Shown piece by piece: positions 27,772 to 37,900 of a DNA stretch of 64,000 nucleotides. The first letter of the stretch is position 1, and the number at the start of each line of letters is the position of its first letter. Source of the DNA: an uncultured Desulfobacter sp. (GTDB lineage Bacteria; Desulfobacterota; Desulfobacteria; Desulfobacterales; Desulfobacteraceae); NCBI GenBank assembly GCA_963665095.1, contig OY762069.1:5408001-5472000 (forward strand), written 5' to 3'. Under the pieces are notes generated by a model. The model was given only the letters and a program-made list of their open reading frames with translations. It was not told the DNA's origin and searched no databases. A program made the position numbers and the translations under genes.

Positions 27772-29217
27772 TTATCCCTGTCCCAGGGTAAAAAGATTGT
27801 TCATGAATCCCTTCATCATTATCTCCCTGTGCTCCCTGGACAGGCTGTTCAGGATTTCGTTGATTTCAGCCATATCCGAAGGCATGCCCCCACCCGGGGA
27901 AATACCAGCCAGGGCCATCATGTCCGAAATATTGTCCGGATTGATATCCCCGGGTTTAAGGCCTGCCAGCAGGGCCTTTAAATCCGCCATGCTGTCTTGT
28001 TTTCTATCTTTGGCTGCGTCTACGCTCTGTTCCAGGGTGACCAGAAAATCATTCACCAGAGGCACTGTGGACATATTCACCGATACATGAAAATTTTTAG
28101 GAGAGACATCAAAGGCGAGCTGCGGCTGGATATACCATCCCCGTTGCTTCATCTCGTCAATGACATGAAAGACATTGATGTGATCCGAGGTTACGGCACA
28201 CATGAACATTTCAGGATCAGCCAGAAGTTTCAGGTCCTTGATTTTTCGGACACCGGCAGCCATATCAAGGGTGGCCTGCCGGGTTGCACGGGCCATTTCC
28301 AGATATCCTTTTCTGCCCAGAAAATGAACAACGGCCCAGGCCGCTGCCAGAGGCCCTCCGGTTTTGGAACTCTGGATGGCGTTATTCACGATGGAGTATC
28401 CGGTCCACCCGGCTGTGGCAAAGATCTGATGGTGCCGGAGCGCCTTGTCCCTGTAAAGAATGAGCGAGGCGTTTTTAGGGGTGTAGGCGTATTTGTGAAG
28501 ATCCATGGACAAAGAGGTGACCCCGGGCACATCAAACCCGAAATCTGTGACAGACTCCCCAAGTTCTTTAAGAAACGGAAGCATGAAGCCCCCCACACAC
28601 CCGTCGGTATGGAGCAGGATATTATGCTTCAGGGCCACTTCCCCCATTTGTGGAATGGGGTCAACCACGCCATGGGCATAGGACGGGGCCGATCCCACCA
28701 TGAGGATTGTGTCTGATGTAACGGCCTCTTCCATGGCCCTGACATCGGCCTTGAACGTAACAGGGTCCACAGGCGTGGGAACCACCTTAACGTTAAAATA
28801 CTCCCCTGCCTTATGGAATGCCGCATGGGCCGTCACGGGAAGGAGCATTTCAGGGTTTTTGATATGGGGTTTGGCCGCCCTGCAGTAATCCCTGGCAGTT
28901 TTTACAGCCAGAAGAATGCTTTCCGTGCCGCCGGAGGTAAAGTTGCCCACGGCATTCCCATCCCCGCCCACATGGGCGGCGGCCATGGACACAAGCTCTG
29001 TCTCCATGCGCATGAGGCTGGGAAAAATGGTGGGATCCAGGCCGCTTTCGGTCAAAAACATCATATATGCCTGTTTTCCGATTTCCTGGGCCGCTTTTCC
29101 CGGGTCATAGATATAGCCCAGGACCCGCCCGTCTTTCCAGCGGATATCATTGGATTTATACGCCTCAAGAGTGTTGAAAATCTCTTCTTTTGCCATGGGT
29201 GTTTCAGGAAAGTTCAT
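27772..29217 (-). CDS. PLP-dependent sphingosine-1-phosphate lyase-like enzyme (group II decarboxylase fold)
   Basis: TSGGTESIL, AHAAFHKA, GSAPSYAHGVVDPI, HTDGCVGGF, SMDLHKY (PLP Lys), W.G; true start ATG 29217 with GGAG RBS. Confidence 0.8.
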   Translation of the reverse strand: MNFPETPMAKEEIFNTLEAYKSNDIRWKDGRVLGYIYDPGKAAQEIGKQAYMMFLTESGLDPTIFPSLMRMETELVSMAAAHVGGDGNAVGNFTSGGTESILLAVKTARDYCRAAKPHIKNPEMLLPVTAHAAFHKAGEYFNVKVVPTPVDPVTFKADVRAMEEAVTSDTILMVGSAPSYAHGVVDPIPQMGEVALKHNILLHTDGCVGGFMLPFLKELGESVTDFGFDVPGVTSLSMDLHKYAYTPKNASLILYRDKALRHHQIFATAGWTGYSIVNNAIQSSKTGGPLAAAWAVVHFLGRKGYLEMARATRQATLDMAAGVRKIKDLKLLADPEMFMCAVTSDHINVFHVIDEMKQRGWYIQPQLAFDVSPKNFHVSVNMSTVPLVNDFLVTLEQSVDAAKDRKQDSMADLKALLAGLKPGDINPDNISDMMALAGISPGGGMPSDMAEINEILNSLSREHREIMMKGFMNNLFTLGQG

Positions 29218-29236
29218 GTTTTTCTCCAAACGAAAG

Positions 29237-29956
29237 TTATAAGCTGTCGATATTCTTTTTAAGGATGGATATATCTCTTTCAAGCCCCTGGGCCAGCTGG
29301 CTGGCCTGGGATTTAAACTGCTGCAGCTCAGCCATGTCATTGAGAGCTGTTCTGTCCGGGTCATTTTTAAGCAGTTTTAGAACCAGGCCTTTAAAATGCT
29401 CGCCCATGGTAAGGAAATGACGGGTGCCGCCGCTGACGTTCCGGGTAAAGGCCAGTCCCTCCACCAAAGAGATGATAAAGTCTGCGCCCACCTCCGGTTC
29501 CACCTGGGTGAGAATGCCCTCCTCCCGGCAGATGGTCAGCTCCCTGACAATTTGTTCCCTGAATCTGTGATACATCTGCTGCATCCGTTCTCTGACCCGG
29601 TCGTTTTTAAAACTGAGATAATAGCAGGAGTAAAATACACTTGAATCCACAAGGCTGATCCAGTTGATGCCAAAAACAGTATCCACAAGGAGATCAAGCC
29701 GCTGCAGGGAGTTTGTCACGGCTGTAAATTTGCCTGCACCCAGGGTTTCATATTTTTCCAGGATAAAGTCCACCAGGGCAACGACCATGGCCTCTTTGTT
29801 GGGAAAGTAGTGGAGCAGAAGGCTTGGGTTGACGCCCATCCGCCTGGCAATTTTGGCAAAAGAGGCCCCTTCAACACCCTCCTCTTTAAGTACTTCCTGA
29901 AAATGTTCCAGGATTTCCGTGCGTCGGGATTCGTTTTTTTTATTGTCGGGTTCCAT
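29237..29956 (-). CDS. TetR-family transcriptional regulator
   Basis: HTH: G.EGASFAKIARRMGVNPSLLLHYFPNKE. Confidence 0.9.
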   Translation of the reverse strand: MEPDNKKNESRRTEILEHFQEVLKEEGVEGASFAKIARRMGVNPSLLLHYFPNKEAMVVALVDFILEKYETLGAGKFTAVTNSLQRLDLLVDTVFGINWISLVDSSVFYSCYYLSFKNDRVRERMQQMYHRFREQIVRELTICREEGILTQVEPEVGADFIISLVEGLAFTRNVSGGTRHFLTMGEHFKGLVLKLLKNDPDRTALNDMAELQQFKSQASQLAQGLERDISILKKNIDSL

Positions 29957-30042
29957 TGTGTTCCGGTCCTGATAACGTTCTGAAATTTTTTAAGACGCTG
30001 TTCAAAAAGGGCAAATAAATAATACCCCTTCACAAACCTGCT

Positions 30043-30082
30043 ATTAAACGATCATTCAATTCATATTGACTGAATGGTTAAT
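30043..30082. promoter_or_regulatory. Paired quasi-palindromic operator sites, candidate TetR operators
   Basis: ATTAAACGATCATTCAAT (30043-30060) and ATTGACTGAATGGTTAAT (30065-30082) match 14/18 as reverse complements; upstream of tetR. Confidence 0.5.
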
Positions 30083-30203
30083 TCACTTTTCATAAGAATG
30101 TCCGGGTGTCAAGGAAAAACAATCAGGACGGAAAACAAAGCAAGAATCGGGTGGCGCGTTGCCGGTGGCATGGTATATTCGGGGGGTAAAAGGAGAAAAC
30201 CCC

Positions 30204-31085
30204 ATGGATAAAAAACAACTGGAACAGCTGTCAACGGATTACACCCGCATTGAGCAGGCCATTAATTTTATTGAAACACATAGGAGAGACCAGCCCGGTC
30301 TTGATGACATCGCCCGGGCAGTCCATTTAAGTCCGTTTCATTTCCAGCGGCTCTTCTCCCGGTGGGTGGGGATCAGCCCCAAACGGTTCCTTCAGTTTGT
30401 GACCCGGGATCATGCCAGGAAAATGCTGGCGGATTCGGGAAACATTCTGGATGCGGCACTGAGTTCCGGCCTGTCCGGCCCGGGCCGTCTGCATGATCTG
30501 TTTCTCTCCTGTGATGCTGTTACCCCGGGGACCTATAAGACAAAAGGCCTGGGGCTGGAGATCAGGTACGGGTTTTCACCCTCTCCCTTTGGCCGGTGTA
30601 TGATCGCCTGTACAGACCAGGGAATCTGCAATTTAAAATTTGTCCGGGGCCAGAGCGAAGAGGACCTTGGCGCATGGCTGGCCCACGCCTGGCCCAAAGC
30701 GTGCCTTTTCAGGCTGGACAAAGAGGCTGGGCACCTTGCCCAAAAAATTTTTTCTGCGGCCGTGCCGTCAAAGCCTGTGCCCCTCCACCTTTTTATTAAA
30801 GGCACCAACTTCCAGATCAAGGTGTGGGAAGCCTTGATCCGTATTCCCGCAGGGCATGCCGTCACCTACCAGGACATTGCCCGGCACATCGGGCAACCCG
30901 GGGCAGTCAGGGCCGTGGGCACCGCCATCGGCAAAAACCCTGTTCCCTTCATCATTCCCTGCCACCGGGTTCTTCGCAAAATGGGGGCGTTCGGCAACTA
31001 CGGAGAGGGGAAAACCCGTAAAAAAGCCATCCTGGGCTGGGAATCCGTCAGGGCTGAGCAGGTGCGGACATCAGTCCGTTCTTGA
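30204..31085 (+). CDS. AraC-HTH / methylated-DNA-protein-cysteine methyltransferase fusion (Ada-like, lacking the N-terminal Zn domain)
   Basis: HLSPFHFQRLFSRWVGISPK, GTNFQIKVW..L..IP.G...TY, IPCHRV active site; ATG 30204 with AGGAG RBS. Confidence 0.9.
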   Translation: MDKKQLEQLSTDYTRIEQAINFIETHRRDQPGLDDIARAVHLSPFHFQRLFSRWVGISPKRFLQFVTRDHARKMLADSGNILDAALSSGLSGPGRLHDLFLSCDAVTPGTYKTKGLGLEIRYGFSPSPFGRCMIACTDQGICNLKFVRGQSEEDLGAWLAHAWPKACLFRLDKEAGHLAQKIFSAAVPSKPVPLHLFIKGTNFQIKVWEALIRIPAGHAVTYQDIARHIGQPGAVRAVGTAIGKNPVPFIIPCHRVLRKMGAFGNYGEGKTRKKAILGWESVRAEQVRTSVRS

Positions 31086-31117
31086 CAAAAGACCCTTTCC
31101 TGCCCTAAACCGGTTGT

Positions 31118-32353
31118 ATGTATACAAAATCGCAGTCAAATGTGTGTCACCTAAGACGCGTGTCAAAAGATCTGAGCCGGTTTTACCAATGGGTGCTGCT
31201 TTTTGCCCTGGTTGTATGCGGCTGTTTTGGCTCAGATCCGTCTTCTGATTCAGCAGAGACCCGGACCGGGGTGACGAATGACCGGATCCGGATCGGGTCT
31301 TCCCTGGCCCTGGACGGCCATGCCGGGTACCTGGGTTCCCAGATGCGCCATGGTGCCATGGCCTGTATCCGTCAAGTCAATGATCAGGGCGGTATCCACG
31401 GGCGTAAGATTGAGCTGGTTGCCCTGGATGACGGGTATGATCCGGCCCACTGCCTTTATAATACCCAGCAGCTTATCGTTGATAAAAAGGTTTTCCTGCT
31501 CTTCTGCTATGTGGGAACGCCGACAACCGTCAAGGTGATTCCCCTGGTCAACGAGGCCAGGATTCCACTTCTAGGCATGCTTACCGGGGCGACCCGTCTG
31601 CGCCGGCCCTTTAACCCCTGGCTGATCAATGTTCGGGCCTCCTATTATCAGGAAACCCAGGCTGCTGTGGATCTGATTGTGGGCAAAAAAGGGGTGAAGC
31701 AGGTGGCGGTGTTTTATCAGTATGATGAGTATGGGTTTGACGGGCTTCGCGGCACTGAGATCGCCCTGAAGGAGTACGGCCTGGTGCCGGTGGGCAAGGG
31801 CACCTATATCCGTGGCACCCAGGATGTTGTGGCCGGACTTGATAAGATTATTGCTTCCAATGCCCAGGCCGTGGTCATGATCGGCACATATGACGCCTGT
31901 GCCAGATTTATCCGGCTGGCCAGGGAACGCAATTTTTCCCCCTTGTTTTACAATGTCTCTTTTGTAGGCTCCAGAGAGTTTGCCCGGCGCCTGGGCCCGG
32001 ACGGTGAAGGTGTGATGATCACCCAGGTGGTGCCCCCCCCGGAAGACCCGGCCCAGCGTGAGGGCCTTCCCGGTGTCAAAGAGTATATCCGGCTGCTGCG
32101 ACTCTATTACCCTGAGAGCCAGCCCAGCTTTGTGGGACTGGAAGGGTATGTCAATGCAACAATCCTGGTGGAGGGTCTTAAACGGGCAGGCAGAGATCTG
32201 ACCCGTGAGGGGTTTATCCGGGCCGTGGAATCCATAGATGCCTTTGATCCGGGAATTGGCAGTCCCCTCTCCTTTGGGAAAAATGATCACCAGGGGCTGG
32301 ACCGGGTTTATTTTACCCAAATCCGGCAGGGAAGGCCGGTGCTGATTCAATGA
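31118..32353 (+). CDS. LivJ-like periplasmic binding lipoprotein, probably sensory
   Basis: Lipobox-like VVCGC, IG.S..L.G, N.QGGIHGRKIEL...DDGYDP, VGTPT, NVRASY; overlaps the kinase start (ATGA). Confidence 0.85.
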   Translation: MYTKSQSNVCHLRRVSKDLSRFYQWVLLFALVVCGCFGSDPSSDSAETRTGVTNDRIRIGSSLALDGHAGYLGSQMRHGAMACIRQVNDQGGIHGRKIELVALDDGYDPAHCLYNTQQLIVDKKVFLLFCYVGTPTTVKVIPLVNEARIPLLGMLTGATRLRRPFNPWLINVRASYYQETQAAVDLIVGKKGVKQVAVFYQYDEYGFDGLRGTEIALKEYGLVPVGKGTYIRGTQDVVAGLDKIIASNAQAVVMIGTYDACARFIRLARERNFSPLFYNVSFVGSREFARRLGPDGEGVMITQVVPPPEDPAQREGLPGVKEYIRLLRLYYPESQPSFVGLEGYVNATILVEGLKRAGRDLTREGFIRAVESIDAFDPGIGSPLSFGKNDHQGLDRVYFTQIRQGRPVLIQ

Positions 32354-34203
32354 AATATTTTAACGAACTCAGCCTGAAGAACAAAATTTTTGTCTCCTGC
32401 CTGGGCTTTACCCTTGTGGTTTCCATGCTTATCGCCCTGTTCACCCGGTGGCTTTTGATTGCAGGGCTCACCGGCGAACTTCAAAAGCGCGGTGTGGGCA
32501 TTGCCCAGTCCGTTGCCGACAGTTCCCGGGGCTTTATCCTCACCGGAGACAAACCCGAACTTACAGGTCTTGTCTATGATGCACGGGCCGGAAACCGTAA
32601 GGATGTTATTCTATACATAGTTATTGTTGACAAGTCAGGACAGATACTGGCCCATACCTTTACTACCGGGCTCACTCCCCATATCCGGGAGATAGTCAAA
32701 GTTAAAGCCCCTGATGACCAGCGGGTTCAAAAGATGACGGTCATGGGCCATTCGGTCTTTCATGTCTGCGTTCCGGTTAAAGAGGGCATTTATACCATTG
32801 GCGCTGTTCATGCGGGCCTTGCCAAGGAGCACATAGATACACTCATATCCCGGCTGCGGCTTATATTTTTAAGCTTTTTGTCCGTGGTAACCCTGACTTT
32901 TTTCTTCTTAAGCCATCGGTTGGCCCTGCATATTACACGTCCCGTGGCCGCCCTGATCCGGTACACGGACCGGGTGGGAAAAGGCGAGATGGTGTCCCGT
33001 GAGGAACTTGACCGCATGGCCGGGGAGATCCGGCCCAGGGATGATGAAATCGCGGCCCTTACCGACTCTTTCATCCGCATGACCACGGAACTGAAACTCT
33101 CCACAGACCGGTTGCGTGAATCCCAGGAAAAATACAAGTCCATGTTCCGGGCCGGGCCCAATCCCATATTTGTTATCCACAGGCATACCCTGGATATCCT
33201 GGATGCCAACCCCAAGGCCACAGAACTGTTCGGCTACACGCGAAGCGAGCTTGCCGGCACAAGTTTTCTGAAGCTTGGGGAACTGGAAAAAGAGACCTTT
33301 GACCGGGAATTTCCGTTAACGGCGTCCGTGCTGATCTCCTCAAAGGTTCTGTTCTACAAAAAGGATAAAGAGACCATTTATGTCAATATCCATGCAGGCA
33401 CCGCCGAATACGGAGACCAGCAGGTGATCATCGCTGCAGCAACGGATATTTCAGAACTGATTGAAAAGGACTCCGCCCTGATTCAGGCCTCCAAGATGAC
33501 CAATGTTGAAAAGATGTCCGTGGGCATTGCCCATGAGATCAACCAGCCCCTGAATGCCATTAAAATGGGGTCGGAATATCTGTGCATGATGCTGGAGGAA
33601 AAAAAGGCCATCGACTCCGGGACGCTTGCAACCGTAACCGGCGAGATATCTGCCCAGGTATCCAGGGCCTCCGAAATCGTTGACCGGCTTAAAACCTTCT
33701 CAAGGAAAGCCGGCTTTACCCGGGAGGAGATCAATCTCAACCAGTGCATCCGCAATGTCCACAAAATCATCGGCCGTCAGATTACATTGCAGAATATTAA
33801 TTTCATTCTTAGCCTGGATGAATCCATGCCCATGATTCTTGCCCACAACAATCGCATGGAGCAGGTAATCTTCAATCTGGTCACCAATGCCAGGGATGCC
33901 ATTAATGAACGGATTGAATCCTGCCGGGACATCATGCAGGGGAAAATTGAAATCACCTCCTTTTCCGACCCCGACATGACCGGATTTGAAGTAAAGGACA
34001 ACGGCATCGGCATTGAACAGGATCAGCTGAAAAATATTTTTGAATCTTTTTATACAACAAAGGAGATGGGCGAAGGTTTAGGACTTGGCCTGCCCATTCT
34101 TAAAGGCATTATACAGGATTATAACGGCACCATCGCTGTGGTTTCCACTCCCTGCGCCGGGGCCTGTTTCAGGGTGGTGTTTCCCGCCCGGACAGGTGCC
34201 TGA
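32350..34203 (+). CDS. Sensor histidine kinase (2 TM, periplasmic domain, HAMP, PAS, HisKA, HATPase)
   Basis: AHEINQPL H-box, NLVTNARDA N-box, DNGIGI, F.TTK..G.GLGL. Confidence 0.95.
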   Translation: MKYFNELSLKNKIFVSCLGFTLVVSMLIALFTRWLLIAGLTGELQKRGVGIAQSVADSSRGFILTGDKPELTGLVYDARAGNRKDVILYIVIVDKSGQILAHTFTTGLTPHIREIVKVKAPDDQRVQKMTVMGHSVFHVCVPVKEGIYTIGAVHAGLAKEHIDTLISRLRLIFLSFLSVVTLTFFFLSHRLALHITRPVAALIRYTDRVGKGEMVSREELDRMAGEIRPRDDEIAALTDSFIRMTTELKLSTDRLRESQEKYKSMFRAGPNPIFVIHRHTLDILDANPKATELFGYTRSELAGTSFLKLGELEKETFDREFPLTASVLISSKVLFYKKDKETIYVNIHAGTAEYGDQQVIIAAATDISELIEKDSALIQASKMTNVEKMSVGIAHEINQPLNAIKMGSEYLCMMLEEKKAIDSGTLATVTGEISAQVSRASEIVDRLKTFSRKAGFTREEINLNQCIRNVHKIIGRQITLQNINFILSLDESMPMILAHNNRMEQVIFNLVTNARDAINERIESCRDIMQGKIEITSFSDPDMTGFEVKDNGIGIEQDQLKNIFESFYTTKEMGEGLGLGLPILKGIIQDYNGTIAVVSTPCAGACFRVVFPARTGA

Positions 34204-34278
34204 TATCCCGGCCTGTGGTGGAAAAGCACAGCTCCTGGTGAAAATCAACAGCTATGAATATAATAAGGAACCCGGCCA

Positions 34279-34983
34279 ATGAAGATACTGGTCATTGATG
34301 ATGAGAAGCCAACCCTTTCCATGTTTAAACTGTTTTTAACCGCCTATGGTTATGAGGTCACTACCGCGGAAAGCGGAGAGGCCGGGCTGGCACTGTTTAA
34401 GGAGTTTATGCCGGATATTGTATTCACGGATATTAAGATGCCGGGTATGGACGGACTTGAGGTGCTGCGCCGGATAAAAACCAGCCATCCTGCCACTGAA
34501 GTGATCATCATCACCGGCCATGGTGATATGGAAAAGGCCCTGGAAGCCCTGGATCTTAATGCTTCGGATTTTATTAACAAACCTGTGGAACGGCAGGCGT
34601 TGAACTCGGCTTTGGTCCGGGCTGAAAACAGGGCACAGCTTAAAGGAAATCAGGACTTTCATCTGAAGCGACATGACACAGAGGCAGGCCTTGACATCCG
34701 GGTTGCAGGTCGACTCACCGGCAAAGTCGCCCAAAGCCTGAAGGCACTTTCCACAGCCTGCACCGAAGCCGGTACGGCCCGGATGGATTTTCATTTCGAC
34801 GACAGTTTTTCCGTGGACCGGGAGGGTATTCAGGCGCTCATGGCCACACTGATGGAGATCCGTAAAAAAAAGGTGGACGTGACCATGGAAGGACTCTCAT
34901 ACAGCTATATGCGGTTTTTCTGTATGGCCGGGATGGATAAGCTGGTAACCTTCACACCATTATCCCTGGACGCAGATATCTGA
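34279..34983 (+). CDS. Response regulator receiver fused to a STAS-like domain
   Basis: VIDDE, TDIKMPGMDG, ITGHG, FINKP; C-terminal DIRVAGRL...FSVDREGI..L...GLS.....F...G. Confidence 0.85.
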   Translation: MKILVIDDEKPTLSMFKLFLTAYGYEVTTAESGEAGLALFKEFMPDIVFTDIKMPGMDGLEVLRRIKTSHPATEVIIITGHGDMEKALEALDLNASDFINKPVERQALNSALVRAENRAQLKGNQDFHLKRHDTEAGLDIRVAGRLTGKVAQSLKALSTACTEAGTARMDFHFDDSFSVDREGIQALMATLMEIRKKKVDVTMEGLSYSYMRFFCMAGMDKLVTFTPLSLDADI

Positions 34984-37900
34984 TGACCGGGAGATTTCAT
35001 ATTCCTGATGTCAGCCGTGCCGTGGAACGGCCGCGTCTCTTTAATCTGATGGACCGGGATCCCGGCGTCCGCCTGTTCCTGGTGACCGGCCAGGCTGCTC
35101 AGGGCAAGTCCACCCTGGTTGCCTCTTATTTAGCCGGCAAAGCCCAGGCCACGCTCTGGTTTCATCTGACCCAGGAGGTCTCCGGGCATACCAGCCTTTT
35201 TGAACTGATTACCACGGGGCTGCGCGAAGAACTGAATATTTTCATGGCCCATCCGGTCCAGGCCACCTTGGGTGCCAGGGAGGACCTGCTGCGGCAATGC
35301 GATATTCTGGCTTCGCTTCTGACTGAGATCTCCTTCCCCTTGAACATCGTGCTGGACGACCTGGAAGCGTTTGATGACAATGCAACCGCCTTCTCCCTGA
35401 TCCAGGCTCTCCTTGACCGCCATTTTGATATGGTCCGTTTTTTCCTTTTATCAAGGACAATGCCCCGGATCAGCTTTAGTCCCCTGAAAATGGAGCGCCG
35501 CTTTTTGACCTTAGAAAACCGGGATCTGGCCTTTGACCGGGAAGAGATCCGCATGTTTTTCAGGCACGGGATAAAGGCTCATGATGATACCTTTTCAACC
35601 GGCATGGCTGGCAAGCAGTTGGATGATGAACTGATCAGGCAGATCCATGAGATCACCGAAGGCTGGCCCGGCGGTCTGGCGCTGGTTTCGGAAAACCTGC
35701 GCCGATCAGGCGATGTGGGAAAACTGCCCCGCCAGATGTCAGCAGGGGCCTTTTCCTTTTTCAGCGATGAGATCTATTCAAACCTGTCCGGGCCTGTGCG
35801 CGATTTTTTAATGAAAACAGCCGTATTTGATCTGCTGGACACCCGCATACTCAATGAATTTTTTGGTAATCAGGACACTGTGGGCATCCTCAGGCAGCTT
35901 GACAGCCGCAACCTGTTCATCCAGAAAATTGATCCCGATCCCCAATGGCCGGTGTACAAGTATAACCGGCTGTTCAGAGAATTTCTTTTCTCCGATCTTA
36001 CCCGTTACATGGATCCGAAGGCCATTGAGGAACTTGAAAGGCGGGCCGGCCTGATTTTTTGGGAAGAGAAGCGCCATGAGGAGGCCGCCGGCCATTTTGT
36101 CCGGGCAAAGGCATTCAAAGAACTGGCCCGGCTGATTCGCATCAAGGGAACCGGTTATGTGGTCACGGGCCAGGCCATGGGGCTTTCCGGGTGGCTTAAA
36201 CGGATGCCCAAGGCGATGGTGGATGAGGATCCCTGGCTGATGTTTTTTTGTGCCATGACCCAGCGGATCAAAGGGGGACGAAAAAATTATGAAGACCTGA
36301 TCCGTGCCCGTAACCTGTTTGAGGAGACAGAAGACACCAGAGGGCTGATCCTTTCCACAGCATTTATTATTGAGGCCAGCGTGTTTATCCGAAAACCCTC
36401 ACACCGCATCGCAGACTGGATCGGCAAAGGCCAGGCCATTTTGAAAGGGAGAAAGGGAAACCGGAAATACACCTGGGCACGGGCTATTTTGTGGCAGCAT
36501 ATCGGGCTGGGGTATATTGCGGGGACAGGGGATCTGCCCATGGGAATTTCTGCCTGCCGCAATGCCGTACTGCTGGCCCGGGGCATCGGCAATCAGGACC
36601 TGCTGCTCAATGCCTCCATTGTCATGATCCTGGGGCTGGTCCAGACCGGGGACTTCCACCAGGCCGGGATGATGTTAAAAGAGATAAAAACCATCTCAAA
36701 GAAAAGTCCCCACCCGGAATACAGGGCGCTTCAGCGGCTGACCCGCCTGGATTATGACCTGAAAATGGGCCTCTTTGACCGGGCAGGCAGGCTCTTAGAG
36801 GATTCCCAGGCCGATATAGATACCTTTGGGCTGATTTTTCTGTATCCAGGCTTTGTGGAAGCAAGGGCTCTCTTTTTTGCCGGGACCCGGGATTTCCGCC
36901 AGGCCCTGCTCACAGCGGATCACCTGTCGGATTTTTCCATCCTGGAAGGAAATAACTTTTACCTTGGCATCTCCCATCGCCTTAAATCCATGGTCCACAT
37001 TTTGGAACACAATTATGCCCAGGCCCTGGAGCAGGCAGAACTTGCGGTTAAAGAGCTGGGCGGTGCAAAGCGCGGGGATATCCATTACTTTCTAACCAAA
37101 AAGGTATTTGGCACGGCACTTTTTCACAACGGGCAGTTTGAAGCAGCCATGGGGGAACTGCTGGCAGCCATGGCCTATTTTGAGAAGGTATCATCGGATC
37201 TGGATTTTTGTGAGGCCGCTTTTATGGCAGGGCTCTCCTGCTGGCTGAATAATGATGCCGCCCTGGCTGGGAATCTGCTGGAGGCTGCCGCTGAAAAGGC
37301 GCTTGAAAACCATTATACCTATTTCCCCCTGGTGGGCCACAAGCAGATAGCAAGGGGCTTGGTAATCCTGGCCATGGCCGGTAAAAACGATCTGGCCCAA
37401 TCCTGTCTGGCCGCCGGAGATACCGGCGCGCTTGGAAAACAGGTCCGCGAAGAGATTTCCAAGGTACTGGACAGCCTTCCTGCATCCAAACAGGCGGGAC
37501 AGGCAGATGCTTTCCGGGCCCTTTACCGGGCCAGTCTGCCTTTGATCCGGATTCGTACCCTGGGCGGATTCAGCATCGGGATCGGGGACAAAGTTCTGGA
37601 CAATTCCGCCTTTGGAGGTGCAAAGCCAAAACTGCTGCTTAAAACAATTATTTTAAACAGGCTTAATGACATCCCCGGAGAAATCCTCATAGACGGTTTG
37701 TGGCCCGACGCCTCGTCTGTAGCAGGGGAAAAAAACCTCAAAGTGAACCTTCACAGGCTGAGAAAGGCACTGGAACCCGCGCCGGACAAGCGGCTGGGCT
37801 ATTTTTATGTGATTCATAAAGCCGGTCTGGTGTCTCTGGACCCTGATCTTGTGGATCTGGATACGATTCAATTAAGCCGGCTGACCGCAGAAGCCCGGGA

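Noticed and set aside
29218..29364. 49-aa N-terminal extension of the PLP enzyme in the ORF track
   Set aside because: It overlaps tetR; ATG 29217 has a good RBS and family similarity begins there
31571..32350. Long antisense ORFs (e.g. 31571-32350, 6151-6846, 10785-11468, 21401-22126, 27997-28716, 52005-52667, 58262-58951, 59510-60196)
   Set aside because: They shadow well-supported genes on the opposite strand and have no recognisable motifs
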